DNA from: Eledone cirrhosa
Lineage: Eukaryota
Assembly: GCA_964016885.1 (NCBI GenBank)
Contig: OZ024743.1
Span: 142,476,001-142,540,000, forward strand
DNA length: 64,000 bases
Reading direction: 5' to 3'
A program made the position numbers and the translations under genes. Numbering within the stretch: position 1 is the first letter of the stretch; each line of letters starts with the position of its first letter. The notes below the pieces were generated by a model that worked only from the letters and a program-made list of their open reading frames with translations, was not told the DNA's origin and searched no databases. Shown here one piece after another: positions 11,601-27,900 of this stretch.

Positions 11601-13903
11601 CCAAGCACCAAACACCAATCACCAAAAACCAAACACCAAGCACCAAGTACCAAACACCAAGCACCAAGCACCAAACACCAAGCACCAAGCACCAATCACC
11701 AAACACCAAGAACCAAGCACCAAACACCAAGCACCAAGCACCAAGCACCAGGCACCAAGCACCAAGCACCAAACACAAAACACCAAGCACCAAGGACCAA
11801 GCAGCAAACACCAAGCATCAAACACCAAACACCAAACACCAAGCACCAAGCACCAAGCAGCAAACAACAAGCATCAAACACCAAACACCAAACACCAAGC
11901 ACCAAACACCAAGCACCAAGCACCAAACACCAAACACCAAGCACCAAGCACCAAGCACCAAACACCAAACACCAAGCACCAAACACCAAACACCAAGCAC
12001 CAAGCACCAAACACCAAACAACAAGCACCAGGCACCAAGCAAAAAACACCAAACACCAAGCACGCAGCATCAAACACGAAGCACCAAGCACCAAGCACCA
12101 AACACGAAGCACCAAGCACCAAGCACCAAGTACCAAACACCAAACACCAAGCACCAAACACCAAACACCAAGCACCAATCACCAAGCACGAAACACCAGG
12201 CACCAAGCACCAAGCACCAAACACCAAACACCAAGCACCAAACACCAGCCACCAAGCACCAAGCACCAAACACCAAACACCAAGCACTATGCACCAAACA
12301 CCAAACAACAAGCACCAGGCACCAAGCACCAAACACCAAACACCAAACACCAAACAGCAAATGCCAAACACCAAGCACCAAGCACCAAGCACCAAACACC
12401 AAGCACCAAGCACCAAGCACAAAACATCAAACACCAAGCACCAAGAACCAAACACCAAACACCAAACAGCAAGCACCAAGTACCAAACACCAAGCACCAA
12501 ACACCAAACCCCAAGCACCAATCACCAAACACTAATCACCAAGCACCAAGCACCAAACACCGAGCACCAAACACCAAGCACCAAGCACCAAACACCAAAC
12601 CCCAAGCACCATAGACCAAGCACCAAGCACCAAGGAACAAACACCAAGCACCAAGCACCAAGCACCAAACACCAAGCACCAAGCACCAAACAACCAGCAC
12701 CAAGCACCAAGCATCAAACACCAAGCACCAAGCACCAAACACCAAACACCAAACACCAAGCACCAAGCACTAAACAGCAAGCACCAAACACCAAACACCA
12801 AACAGCAAACACCAAACAGCAAACACCAAACACCAAACACCAAACAGCAAATGCCAAACACCAAGCACCAAGCACCAAGCACCAAACACCAAGCACCAAG
12901 CACCAAGCACAAAACATCAAACACCAAGCACCAAGCACCAAGCACCAAACACCAAGCACCAAACACCAAGCACCAAACAACAAGCACCAAACACCAAACA
13001 CTAAACACCAAGCACCAAGCACCAATCACCAAACACCAAGAACCAAGCACCAAACACCAAGCACCAAGCACCAAGCACCAGGCACCAAGCACCAAGCACC
13101 AAACACAAAACACCAAGCACCAAGCACCAAGCAGCAAACACCAAGCATCAAACACCAAACACCAAACACCAAGCACCAAGCACCAAGCAGCAAACAGCAA
13201 GCATCAAACACCAAACACCAAACACCAAGCACCAAACACCAAGCACCAAGCACCAAACACCAAACACCAAGCACCAAGCACCAAGCACCAAACACCAAAC
13301 ACCAAGCACCAAACACCAAACACCAAGCACCAAGCACCAAACACCAAACAACAAGCACCAGGCACCAAGCAAAAAACACCAAACACCAAGCACGCAGCAT
13401 CAAAAACCAAGCACCAAGCACCAAGCACCAAACACCAAGCACCAAGCACCAAGCACCAAGTACCAAACACCAAGCACCAAACACCAAACACCAAGCACCA
13501 ATCACCAAGCACGAAACACCAGGCACCAAGCACCAAGCACCAAACACCAAACACCAAGCACCAAACACCAGCCACCAAGCACCAAGCACCAAACACCAAA
13601 CACCAAGCACTAAGCACCAAACACCAAACAACAAGCACCAGGCACCAAGCACCAAACACCAAACACCAAGCACGCATCACCAAACACCAAGCACCAAGCA
13701 CCAAGCACCAAAAACCAAGCACCAAACACCAAGCACCAAACACCAAACACCAAACACCAAGCACCAAGAACCAAACACCAAACACCAAACAGCAAGCACC
13801 AAGCACCAAACACCAAGCACCAATCACCAAACACCAAGCACCAAGCACCAAACACCAAACACCAGGCACAAAGCACCAAACACCAAGCACCAAGCACCAA
13901 ACA
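5691..13903 (+). repeat. Tandem higher-order duplication: copy A 5691-9821, copy B 9822-13903
   Basis: Landmarks recur at +4131 (cctag 5761/9892; ORFs 5814/9945 and 6389/10520). They then recur at +4082 (ORFs 7142/11224, 7472/11554, 8769/12851) after a 49-bp (7-monomer) loss in copy B. Confidence 0.9.
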
Positions 13904-16900
13904 CCAAGCACCAAACACAAAGCACCAAGCACCGAACACCAAACCCCAAGCACCAAACACCAAACCTCAAGCACCAAGCACAAAACACTAATCACCAAGC
14001 ACCAAGCACCAAACAACAAGCACCAAGCACCAGGCACCAAGCACCAAGCACCAAACACTAATCACCAAGCACCAAGCACCAAACACCAAGCACCAAGCAC
14101 CATGCACCAAACACCAAGCACCAAGCACCAAACACCAAACAGCAAGCACCAAAGACCAAGCACCAAACACCAAGCACCAAGCACCAAACAATAAGCACCA
14201 ATCACCAAGCACCAAACACCAAGCACCAAGCACCAAACACCAACCACCCAGCACCAAGCACCAAGCACCAAACACCAAGCACCAAACACCAAACACCAAA
14301 CACCAAGCACCAAGCACCAAGCACCAAACACCAAGCACCAAGCACTAAGCACCAAACACCAAGCCCCAATCACCAAGCACCAAACACCAAACACCAAGCA
14401 CCAAGCACCTAACACCAAGCACCAAGCACCAAGCACCTAGCACCAAACACCAAACACCAAGCACCAAGCACCAAACACCAAGCACCAATCACCAAGCACC
14501 AAACACCAAGCAGCAAGCAGCAAGCAACAAACACCAAACACCAAGCACCAAGCACCAAACACCAAGCACCAAGGACCAAACATCAAACACCAAGCACCAA
14601 GCACCAAACACCTAACACCAATCACCAAGCACCAAGCACCGAACACCAAGCACATAACACCAAGCACCAAACACCAAGCACCAAGCACCAAACACCAAGC
14701 ACCAAACACCAAGCACCAAGCACCAAGCACCAAACACCAAGCACCAGGCACCAAGCACCAAACACCAAACACCATGCACCAAGCACCAAGCCCCAAACAC
14801 TTAACACCAAGCACCAAGCACCAAGCACCAAACACCAATCACCAAAAACCAAACACCAAGCACCAAGTACCAAACACCAAGCACCAAGCACCAAACACCA
14901 AGCACCAAGCACCAATCACCAAACACCAAGAACCAAGCACCAAACACCAAGCACCAAGCACCAAGCACCAGGCACCAAGCACCAAGCACCAAACACAAAA
15001 CACCAAGCACCAAGGACCAAGCAGCAAACACCAAGCATCAAACACCAAACACCAAACACCAAGCACCAAGCACCAAGCAGCAAACAGCAAGCATCAAACA
15101 CCAAACACCAAACACCAAGCACCAAACACCAAGCACCAAGCACCAAACACCAAACACCAAGCACCAAGCACCAAGCACCAAACACCAAACACCAAGCACC
15201 AAACACCAAACACCAAGCACCAAGCACCAAACACCAAACAACAAGCACCAGGCACCAAGCAAAAAACACCAAACACCAAGCACGCAGCATCAAACACCAA
15301 GCACCAAGCACCAAGCACCAAACACCAAGCACCAAGCACCAAGCACCAAGTACCAAACACCAAACACCAAGCACCAAACACCAAACACCAAGCACCAATC
15401 ACCAAGCACGAAACACCAGGCACCAAGCACCAAGCACCAAACACCAAACACCAAGCACCGAACACCAGCCACCAAGCACCAAGCACCAAACACCAAGCAC
15501 CAAGAACCAAACACCAAACACCAAACAGCAAGCACCAAGCACCAAACACCAAGCACCAATCACCAAACACCAAGCACCAAGCACCAAACACCAAGCACGA
15601 AACACCAGGCACCAAGCACCAAGCACCAAACACCAAACACCAAGCACCAAACACCAGCCACCAAGCACCAAGCACCAAACACCAAACACCAAGCACCAAG
15701 CACCAAGCACCAAACACCAAGCACCAAGCACCAAACACCAAACACCAAGCACCAAGCACCAAGCACCAAAAACCAAGCACCAAGCACCAAGCACCAAACA
15801 CCAAACACCAAACACCAAGCAGCAAGAACCAAACACCAAACACCAAACAGCAAGCACCAAGCACCAAACACCAAGCACCAATCACCAAACACCAAGCACC
15901 AAGCACCAAACACCAAACACCAGGCACAAAGCACCAAACACCAAGCACCAAGCACCAAACACCAAGCACCAAACACAAAGCACCAAGCACCAAACACCAA
16001 ACCCCAAGCACCAAACACCAAACCTCAAGCACCAAGCACAAAACACTAATCACCAAGCACCAAGCACCAAACAACAAGCACCAAGCACCAGGCACCAAGC
16101 ACCAAGCACCAAACACTAATCACCAAGCACCAAGCACCAAGCACCAAACACCAAGCACCAAGCACCATGCACCAAACCAAACACCAAACACCATGCACCA
16201 AAGACCAAGCACCAAGCACCAAGCACCAAACAACAAGCACCAAGCACCAAGCACCAAACACCAAGCACCAAGCACCAAACACCAACCACCCAGCACCAAG
16301 CACCAAGCACCAAAGACCAAGCACCAAACACCAAACACCAAACACCAGGCACCAAGCACCAAGCACCAAACACCAAGCACCAAGCACCAAACAACAAGCA
16401 CCAAGCACCAAACACCAAATTCCAAGCACCAAACACCAAACACCAAGCACCAAGGACCCAACATCAAACAACAAGCACCAAGCACCAAACACCAAACACC
16501 AAGCCCCAAGCACCAAGCACCAAGCACCAAACACCAAGCACCAAGCACCATGCACCAAACCAAACACCAAACACCATGCACCAAAGACCAAGCACCAAGC
16601 ACCAAGCACCAAACAACAAGCACCAAGCACCAAGCACCAAACACCAAGCACCAAGCACCAAACACCAACCACCCAGCACCAAGCACCAAGCACCAAAGAC
16701 CAAGCACCAAACACCAAACACCAAACACCAGGCACCAAGCACCAAGCACCAAACACCAAGCACCAAGCACCAAACAACAAGCACCAAGCACCAAACACCA
16801 AACACCAAGCACCAAACACCAAACACCAAGCACCAAGCACCAAACACCAAACACCAAACACCAAGCACCAAGCACTAAACAGCAAGCACCAAACACCAAA

Positions 16901-19900
16901 CACCAAACAGCAAACACCAAACAGCAAACACCAAACACCAAACACCAAACAGCAAATGCCAAACACCAAACACCAAACAGCAAATGCCAAACACCAAGCA
17001 CCAAGCACCAAGCACCAAACACCAAGCACCAAGCACCAAGCACAAAACATCAAACACCAAGCACCAAGCACCAAGCACCAAACACCAAGCACCAAACACC
17101 AAGCACCAAACAACAAGCACCAAACACCAAACACTAAACACCAAGCACCAAGCACCAATCACCAAACACCAAGAACCAAGCACCAAACACCAAGCACCAA
17201 GCACCAAGCACCAGGCACCAAGCACCAAGCACCAAACACAAAACACCAAGCACCAAGCACCAAGCAGCAAACACCAAGCATCAAACACCAAACACCAAAC
17301 ACCAAGCACCAAGCACCAAGCAGCAAACAGCAAGCATCAAACACCAAACACCAAACACCAAGCACCAAACACCAAGCACCAAGCACCAAACACCAAACAC
17401 CAAGCACCAAGCACCAAGCACCAAACACCAAACACCAAGCACCAAACACCAAACACCAAGCACCAAGCACCAAACACCAAACAACAAGCACCAGGCACCA
17501 AGCAAAAAACACCAAACACCAAGCACGCAGCATCAAAAACCAAGCACCAAGCACCAAGCGCCAAACACCAAGCACCAAGCACCAAGCACCAAGTACCAAA
17601 CACCAAGCACCAAACACCAAACACCAAGCACCAATCACCAAGCACGAAACACCAGGCACCAAGCACCAAGCACCAAACACCAAACACCAAGCACCAAACA
17701 CCAGCCACCAAGCACCAAGCACCAAACACCAAACACCAAGCACTAAGCACCAAACACCAAACAACAAGCACCAGGCACCAAGCACCAAACACCAAACACC
17801 AAGCACGCATCACCAAACACCAAGCACCAAGCACCAAGCACCAAAAACCAAGCACCAAACACCAAGCACCAAACACCAAACACCAAACACCAAGCACCAA
17901 GAACCAAACACCAAACACCAAACAGCAAGCGCCAAGCACCAACCACCAAGCACCAATCACCAAACACCAAGCACCAAGCACCAAACACCAAACACCAGGC
18001 ACAAAGCACCAAACACCAAGCACCAAGCACCAAACACCAAGCACCAAACACAAAGCACCAAGCACCGAACACCAAACCCCAAGCACCAAACACCAAACCT
18101 CAAGCACCAAGCACAAAACACTAATCACCAAGCACCAAGCACCAAACAACAAGCACCAAGCACCAGGCACCAAGCACCAAGCACCAAACACTAATCACCA
18201 AGCACCAAGCACCAAACACCAAGCACCAAGCACCATGCACCAAACACCAAGCACCAAGCACCAAACACCAAACAGCAAGCACCAAGCACCAAACACCAAG
18301 CACCAAACACCAAACCCCAAGCACCAATCACCAAACACTAATCACCAAGCACCAAGCACCAAACACCGAGCACCAAACACCAAGCACCAAGCACCAAACA
18401 CCAAACCCCAAGCACCATAGACCAAGCACCAAGCACCAAGGAACAAACACCAAGCACCAAGCACCAAGCACCAAACACCAAGCACCAAGCACCAAACAAC
18501 GAGCACCAAGCACCAAGCATCAAACACCAAGCACCAAGCACCAAACACCAAACACCAAACACCAAGCACCAAGCACTAAACAGCAAGCACCAAACACCAA
18601 ACACCAAACAGCAAACACCAAACAGCAAACACCAAACACCAAACACCAAACAGCAAATGCCAAACACCAAGCACCAAGCACCAAGCACCAAACACCAAGC
18701 ACCAAGCACCAAGCACAAAACATCAAACACCAAGCACCAAGCACCAAGCACCAAACACCAAGCACCAAACACCAAGCACCAAACAACAAGCACCAAACAC
18801 CAAACACTAAACACCAAGCACCAAGCACCAATCACCAAACACCAAGAACCAAGCACCAAACACCAAGCACCAAGCACCAAGCACCAGGCACCAAGCACCA
18901 AGCACCAAACACAAAACACCAAGCACCAAGCACCAAGCAGCAAACACCAAGCATCAAACACCAAACACCAAACACCAAGCACCAAGCACCAAGCAGCAAA
19001 CAGCAAGCATCAAACACCAAACACCAAACACCAAGCACCAAACACCAAGCACCAAGCACCAAACACCAAACACCAAGCACCAAGCACCAAGCACCAAACA
19101 CCAAACACCAAGCACCAAACACCAAACACCAAGCACCAAGCACCAAACACCAAACAACAAGCACCAGGCACCAAGCAAAAAACACCAAACACCAAGCACG
19201 CAGCATCAAAAACCAAGCACCAAGCACCAAGCACCAAACACCAAGCACCAAGCACCAAGCACCAAGTACCAAACACCAAGCACCAAACACCAAACACCAA
19301 GCACCAATCACCAAGCACGAAACACCAGGCACCAAGCACCAAGCACCAAACACCAAACACCAAGCACCAAACACCAGCCACCAAGCACCAAGCACCAAAC
19401 ACCAAACACCAAGCACTAAGCACCAAACACCAAACAACAAGCACCAGGCACCAAGCACCAAACACCAAACACCAAGCACGCATCACCAAACACCAAGCAC
19501 CAAGCACCAAGCACCAAAAACCAAGCACCAAACACCAAGCACCAAACACCAAACACCAAACACCAAGCACCAAGAACCAAACACCAAACACCAAACAGCA
19601 AGCACCAAGCACCAAACACCAAGCACCAATCACCAAACACCAAGCACCAAGCACCAAACACCAAACACCAGGCACAAAGCACCAAACACCAAGCACCAAG
19701 CACCAAACACCAAGCACCAAACACAAAGCACCAAGCACCGAACACCAAACCCCAAGCACCAAACACCAAACCTCAAGCACCAAGCACAAAACACTAATCA
19801 CCAAGCACCAAGCACCAAACAACAAGCACCAAGCACCAGGCACCAAGCACCAAGCACCAAACACTAATCACCAAGCACCAAGCACCAAACACCAAGCACC

Positions 19901-21960
19901 AAGCACCATGCACCAAACACCAAGCACCAAGCACCAAACACCAAACAGCAAGCACCAAAGACCAAGCACCAAACACCAAGCACCAAGCACCAAACAATAA
20001 GCACCAATCACCAAGCACCAAACACCAAGCACCAAGCACCAAACACCAACCACCCAGCACCAAGCACCAAGCACCAAACACCAAGCACCAAACACCAAAC
20101 ACCAAACACCAAGCACCAAGCACCAAGCACCAAACACCAAGCACCAAGCACTAAGCACCAAACACCAAGCCCCAATCACCAAGCACCAAACACCAAACAC
20201 CAAGCACCAAGCACCTAACACCAAGCACCAAGCACCAAGCACCTAGCACCAAACACCAAACACCAAGCACCAAGCACCAAACACCAAGCACCAATCACCA
20301 AGCACCAAACACCAAGCAGCAAGCAGCAAGCAACAAACACCAAACACCAAGCACCAAGCACCAAACACCAAGCACCAAGGACCAAACATCAAACACCAAG
20401 CACCAAGCACCAAACACCTAACACCAATCACCAAGCACCAAGCACCGAACACCAAGCACATAACACCAAGCACCAAACACCAAGCACCAAGCACCAAACA
20501 CCAAGCACCAAACACCAAGCACCAAGCACCAAGCACCAAACACCAAGCACCAGGCACCAAGCACCAAACACCAAACACCATGCACCAAGCACCAAGCCCC
20601 AAACACTTAACACCAAGCACCAAGCACCAAGCACCAAACACCAATCACCAAAAACCAAACACCAAGCACCAAGTACCAAACACCAAGCACCAAGCACCAA
20701 ACACCAAGCACCAAGCACCAATCACCAAACACCAAGAACCAAGCACCAAACACCAAGCACCAAGCACCAAGCACCAGGCACCAAGCACCAAGCACCAAAC
20801 ACAAAACACCAAGCACCAAGGACCAAGCAGCAAACACCAAGCATCAAACACCAAACACCAAACACCAAGCACCAAGCACCAAGCAGCAAACAGCAAGCAT
20901 CAAACACCAAACACCAAACACCAAGCACCAAACACCAAGCACCAAGCACCAAACACCAAACACCAAGCACCAAGCACCAAGCACCAAACACCAAACACCA
21001 AGCACCAAACACCAAACACCAAGCACCAAGCACCAAACACCAAACAACAAGCACCAGGCACCAAGCAAAAAACACCAAACACCAAGCACGCAGCATCAAA
21101 CACCAAGCACCAAGCACCAAGCACCAAACACCAAGCACCAAGCACCAAGCACCAAGTACCAAACACCAAACACCAAGCACCAAACACCAAACACCAAGCA
21201 CCAATCACCAAGCACGAAACACCAGGCACCAAGCACCAAGCACCAAACACCAAACACCAAGCACCGAACACCAGCCACCAAGCACCAAGCACCAAACACC
21301 AAGCACCAAGAACCAAACACCAAACACCAAACAGCAAGCACCAAGCACCAAACACCAAGCACCAATCACCAAACACCAAGCACCAAGCACCAAACACCAA
21401 GCACGAAACACCAGGCACCAAGCACCAAGCACCAAACACCAAACACCAAGCACCAAACACCAGCCACCAAGCACCAAGCACCAAACACCAAACACCAAGC
21501 ACCAAGCACCAAGCACCAAACACCAAGCACCAAGCACCAAACACCAAACACCAAGCACCAAGCACCAAGCACCAAAAACCAAGCACCAAGCACCAAGCAC
21601 CAAACACCAAACACCAAACACCAAGCAGCAAGAACCAAACACCAAACACCAAACAGCAAGCACCAAGCACCAAACACCAAGCACCAATCACCAAACACCA
21701 AGCACCAAGCACCAAACACCAAACACCAGGCACAAAGCACCAAACACCAAGCACCAAGCACCAAACACCAAGCACCAAACACAAAGCACCAAGCACCAAA
21801 CACCAAACCCCAAGCACCAAACACCAAACCTCAAGCACCAAGCACAAAACACTAATCACCAAGCACCAAGCACCAAACAACAAGCACCAAGCACCAGGCA
21901 CCAAGCACCAAGCACCAAACACTAATCACCAAGCACCAAGCACCAAGCACCAAACACCAA
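12453..21960 (+). repeat. ~3.7-kb near-identical block repeated at offset 5806 (~12453-16154 and ~18259-21960)
   Basis: ORF pairs 12522/18328, 12851/18657, 14774/20580 and 15094/20900 all differ by 5806. The rare landmark caccatagacc..aaggaac is shared. Confidence 0.88.
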
Positions 21961-24900
21961 ACACCAAGCACCAAGCACCATGCACCAAACCAAACACCAA
22001 ACACCATGCACCAAAGACCAAGCACCAAGCACCAAGCACCAAACAACAAGCACCAAGCACCAAGCACCAAACACCAAGCACCAAGCACCAAACACCAAAT
22101 TCCAAGCACCAAACACCAAACACCAAGCACCAAGGACCCAACATCAAACAACAAGCACCAAGCACCAAACACCAAACACCAAGCCCCAAGCACCAAGCAC
22201 CAAGCACCAAACACCAAGCACCAAGCACCATGCACCAAACCAAACACCAAACACCATGCACCAAAGACCAAGCACCAAGCACCAAGCACCAAACAACAAG
22301 CACCAAGCACCAAGCACCAAACACCAAGCACCAAGCACCAAACACCAACCACCCAGAACCAAGCACCAAGCACCAAAGACCAAGCACCAAACACCAAACA
22401 CCAAACACCAGGCACCAAGCACCAAGCACCAAACACCAAGCACCAAGCACCAAACAACAAGCACCAAGCACCAAACACCAAACACCAAGCACCAAACACC
22501 AAACACCAAGCACCAAGCACCAAACACCAAACACCAAACACCAAGCACCAAGCACTAAACAGCAAGCACCAAACACCAAACACCAAACAGCAAACACCAA
22601 ACAGCAAACACCAAACACCAAACACCAAACAGCAAATGCCAAACACCAAGCACCAAGCACCAAGCACCAAACACCAAGCACCAAGCACCAAGCACAAAAC
22701 ATCAAACACCAAGCACCAAGCACCAAGCACCAAACACCAAACACCAAGCACCAAGCACCAAACACCAAACAACAAGCACCAGGCACCAAGCAAAAAACAC
22801 CAAACACCAAGCACGCAGCATCAAACACCAAGCACCAAGCACCAAGCACCAAACACCAAGCACCAAGCACCAAGCACCAAGTACCAAACACCAAACACCA
22901 AGCACCAAACACCAAACACCAAGCACCAATCACCAAGCACGAAACACCAGGCACCAAGCACCAAGCACCAAACACCAAACACCAAGCACCGAACACCAGC
23001 CACCAAGCACCAAGCACCAAACACCAAGCACCAAGAACCAAACACCAAACACCAAACAGCAAGCACCAAGCACCAAACACCAAGCACCAATCACCAAACA
23101 CCAAGCACCAAGCACCAAACACCAAGCACGAAACACCAGGCACCAAGCACCAAGCACCAAACACCAAACACCAAGCACCAAACACCAGCCACCAAGCACC
23201 AAGCACCAAACACCAAACACCAAGCACCAAGCACCAAGCACCAAACACCAAGCACCAAGCACCAAACACCAAACACCAAGCACCAAGCACCAAGCACCAA
23301 AAACCAAGCACCAAGCACCAAGCACCAAACACCAAACACCAAACACCAAGCACCAAGAACCAAACACCAAACACCAAACAGCAAGCACCAAGCACCAAAC
23401 ACCAAGCACCAATCACCAAACACCAAGCACCAAGCACCAAACACCAAACACCAGGCACAAAGCACCAAACACCAAGCACCAAGCACCAAACACCAAGCAC
23501 CAAACACAAAGCACCAAGCACCAAACACCAAACCCCAAGCACCAAACACCAAACCTCAAGCACCAAGCACAAAACACTAATCACCAAGCACCAAGCACCA
23601 AACAACAAGCACCAAGCACCAGGCACCAAGCACCAAACACTAATCACCAAGCACCAAGCACCAAGCACCAAACACCAAGCACCAAGCACCATGCACCAAA
23701 CCAAACACCAAACACCATGCACCAAAGACCAAGCACCAAGCACCAAGCACCAAACAACAAGCACCAAGCACCAAGCACCAAACACCAAGCACCAAGCACC
23801 AAACACCAACCACCCAGCACCAAGCACCAAGCACCAAAGACCAAGCACCAAACACCAAACACCAAACACCAGGCACCAAGCACCAAGCACCAAACACCAA
23901 GCACCAAGCACCAAACAACAAGCACCAAGCACCAAACACCAAACACCAAGCACCAAACACCAAACACCAAGCACCAAGGACCCAACATCAAACAACAAGC
24001 ACCAAGCACCAAACACCAAACACCAAGCCCCAAGCACCAAGCACCAAGCACCAAACACCAAGCACCAAGCACCATGCACCAAACCAAACACCAAACACCA
24101 TGCACCAAAGACCAAGCACCAAGCACCAAGCACCAAACAACAAGCACCAAGCACCAAGCACCAAACACCAAGCACCAAGCACCAAACACCAACCACCCAG
24201 CACCAAGCACCAAGCACCAAAGACCAAGCACCAAACACCAAACACCAAACACCAGGCACCAAGCACCAAGCACCAAACACCAAGCACCAAGCACCAAACA
24301 ACAAGCACCAAGCACCAAACACCAGACACCAAGCACCAAACACCAAACACCAAGCACCAAGCACCAAACACCAAACACCAAACACCAAGCGCCAAGCACT
24401 AAACAGCAAGCACCAAACACCAAACACCAAACAGCAAACACCAAACAGCAAACACCAAACACCAAACACCAAACAGCAAATGCCAAACACCAAGCACCAA
24501 GCACCAAGCACCAAACACCAAGCACCAAGCACCAAGCACAAAACATCAAACACCAAGCACCAAGCACCAAGCACCAAACACCAAGCACCAAACACCAAGC
24601 ACCAAACACCAAGCACCAAACACCAAACACTAAACACCAAGCACCAAGCACCAATCACCAAACACCAAGAACCAAGCACCAAACACCAAGCACCAAGCAC
24701 CAAGCACCAGGCACCAAGCACCAAGCACCAAACACAAAACACCAAGCACCAAGCACCAAGCAGCAAACACCAAGAATCAAACACTAAACACCAAACACCA
24801 AGCACCAAGCACCAAGCAGCAAACAGCAAGCATCAAACACCAAACACCAAACACCAAGCACCAAACACCAAGCACCAAGCACCAAACACCAAACACCAAG

Positions 24901-27900
24901 CACCAAGCACCAAGCACCAAACACCAAACACCAAGCACCAAACACCAAACACCAAGCACCAAGCACCAAACACCAAACAACAAGCACCAGGCACCAAGCA
25001 AAAAACACCAAACACCAAGCACGCAGCATCAAACACCAAGCACCAAGCACCAAGCACCAAACACCAAGCACCAGGCACCAAGCACCAAGTACCAAACACC
25101 AAGCACCAAACACCAAACACCAAGCACCAATCACCAAGCACGAAACACCAGGCACCAAGCACCAAGCACCAAACACCAAACACCAAGCACCAAACACCAG
25201 CCACCAAGCACCAAGCACCAAACACCAAACACCAAGCACTAAGCACCAAACACCAAACAACAAGCACCAGGCACCAAGCACCAAACACCAAACACCAAGC
25301 ACGCATCACCAAACACCAAGCACCAAGCACCAAGCACCAAAAACCAAGCACCAAGCACCAAGCACCAAACACCAAACACCAAACACCAAGCACCAAGAAC
25401 CAAACACCAAACACCAAACAGCAAGCACCAAGCACCAAACACCAAGCACCAATAACCAAACACCAAACACCAAGCACCAAGCACCAAACACCAAACACCA
25501 GGCACAAAGCACCAAACACCAAGCACCAAGCATCAAACACCAAGCACCAAACACAAAGCACCAAGCACCAAACACCAAACCCCAAGCACCAAACACCAAA
25601 CCTCAAGCACCAAGCACAAAACACTAATCACCAAGCACCAAGCACCAAACAACAAGCACCAAGCACCAGGCACCAAGCACCAAGCACCAAACACTAATCA
25701 CCAAGCACCAAGCACCAAGCACCAAACACCAAGCACCAAGCACCATGCACCAAACACCAAGCACCAAGCACCAAACACCAAACAGCAAGCACCAAAGACC
25801 AAGCACCAAACACCAAGCACCAAGCACCAAACAATAAGCACCAAGCACCAAGCACCAAACACCAAGCACCAAGCACCAAACACCAACCACCCAGCACCAA
25901 GCACCAAGCACCAAACACCAAGCACCAAACACCAAACACCAAACACCAAGCACCAAGCACCAAGCACCAAACACCAAGCACCAAGCACTAAGCACCAAAC
26001 ACCAAGCCCCAATCACCAAGCACCAAACACCAAACACCAAGCACCAAGCACCTAACAACAAGCACCAAGCACCAAGCACCTAGCAACAAACAACAAACAC
26101 CAAGCACCAAGCACCAAACACCAAGCACCAATCACCAAGCACCAAACACCAAGCAGCAAGCAGCAAGCAACAAACACCAAACACCAAGCACCAAGCACCA
26201 AACACCAAGGACCAAGGACCAAACATCAAACACCAAGCACCAAGCACCAAACACCTAACACCAATCACCAAGCACCAAGCACCGAACACCAAGCACATAA
26301 CACCAAGCACCAAACACCAAGCACCAAGCACCAAACACCAAGCACCAAACACCAAGCACCAAGCACCAAGCACCAAACACCAAGCACCAGGCACCAAGCA
26401 CCAAACACCAAACACCATGCACCAAGCACCAAGCCCCAAACACTTAACACCAAGCACCAAGCACCAAGCACCAAACACCAATCACCAAAAACCAAACACC
26501 AAGCACCAAGTACCAAACACCAAGCACCAAGCACCAAACACCAAGCACCAAGCACCAATCACCAAACACCAAGAACCAAGCACCAAACACCAAGCACCAA
26601 GCACCAAGCACCAGGCACCAAGCACCAAGCACCAAACACAAAACACCAAGCACCAAGGACCAAGCAGCAAACACCAAGCATCAAACACCAAACACCAAAC
26701 ACCAAGCACCAAGCACCAAGCAGCAAACAGCAAGCATCAAACACCAAACACCAAACACCAAGCACCAAACACCAAGCACCAAGCACCAAACACCAAACAC
26801 CAAGCACCAAGCACCAAGCACCAAACACCAAACACCAAGCACCAAACACCAAACACCAAGCACCAAGCACCAAACACCAAACAACAAGCACCAGGCACCA
26901 AGCAAAAAACACCAAACACCAAGCACGCAGCATCAAACACCAAGCACCAAGCACCAAGCACCAAACACCAAGCACCAAGCACCAAGCACCAAGTACCAAA
27001 CACCAAACACCAAGCACCAAACACCAAACACCAAGCACCAATCACCAAGCACGAAACACCAGGCACCAAGCACCAAGCACCAAACACCAAACACCAAGCA
27101 CCGAACACCAGCCACCAAGCACCAAGCACCAAACACCAAGCACCAAGAACCAAACACCAAACACCAAGCACCAAACACCAGCCACCAAGCACCAAGCACC
27201 AAACACCAAACACCAAGCACCAAGCACCAAGCACCAAACACCAAGCACCAAGCACCAAACACCAAACACCAAGCACCAAGCACCAAGCACCAAAAACCAA
27301 GCACCAAGCACCAAGCACCAAACACCAAACACCAAACACCAAGCAGCAAGAACCAAACACCAAACACCAAACAGCAAGCACCAAGCACCAAACACCAAGC
27401 ACCAATCACCAAACACCAAGCACCAAGCACCAAACACCAAACACCAGGCACAAAGCACCAAACACCAAGCACCAAGCACCAAACACCAAGCACCAAACAC
27501 AAAGCACCAAGCACCAAACACCAAACCCCAAGCACCAAACACCAAACCTCAAGCACCAAGCACAAAACACTAATCACCAAGCACCAAGCACCAAACAACA
27601 AGCACCAAGCACCAGGCACCAAGCACCAAGCACCAAACACTAATCACCAAGCACCAAGCACCAAGCACCAAACACCAAGCACCAAGCACCATGCACCAAA
27701 CCAAACACCAAACACCATGCACCAAAGACCAAGCACCAAGCACCAAGCACCAAACAACAAGCACCAAGCACCAAGCACCAAACACCAAGCACCAAGCACC
27801 AAACACCAACCACCCAGCACCAAGCACCAAGCACCAAAGACCAAGCACCAAACACCAAACACCAAACACCAGGCACCAAGCACCAAGCACCAAACACCAA

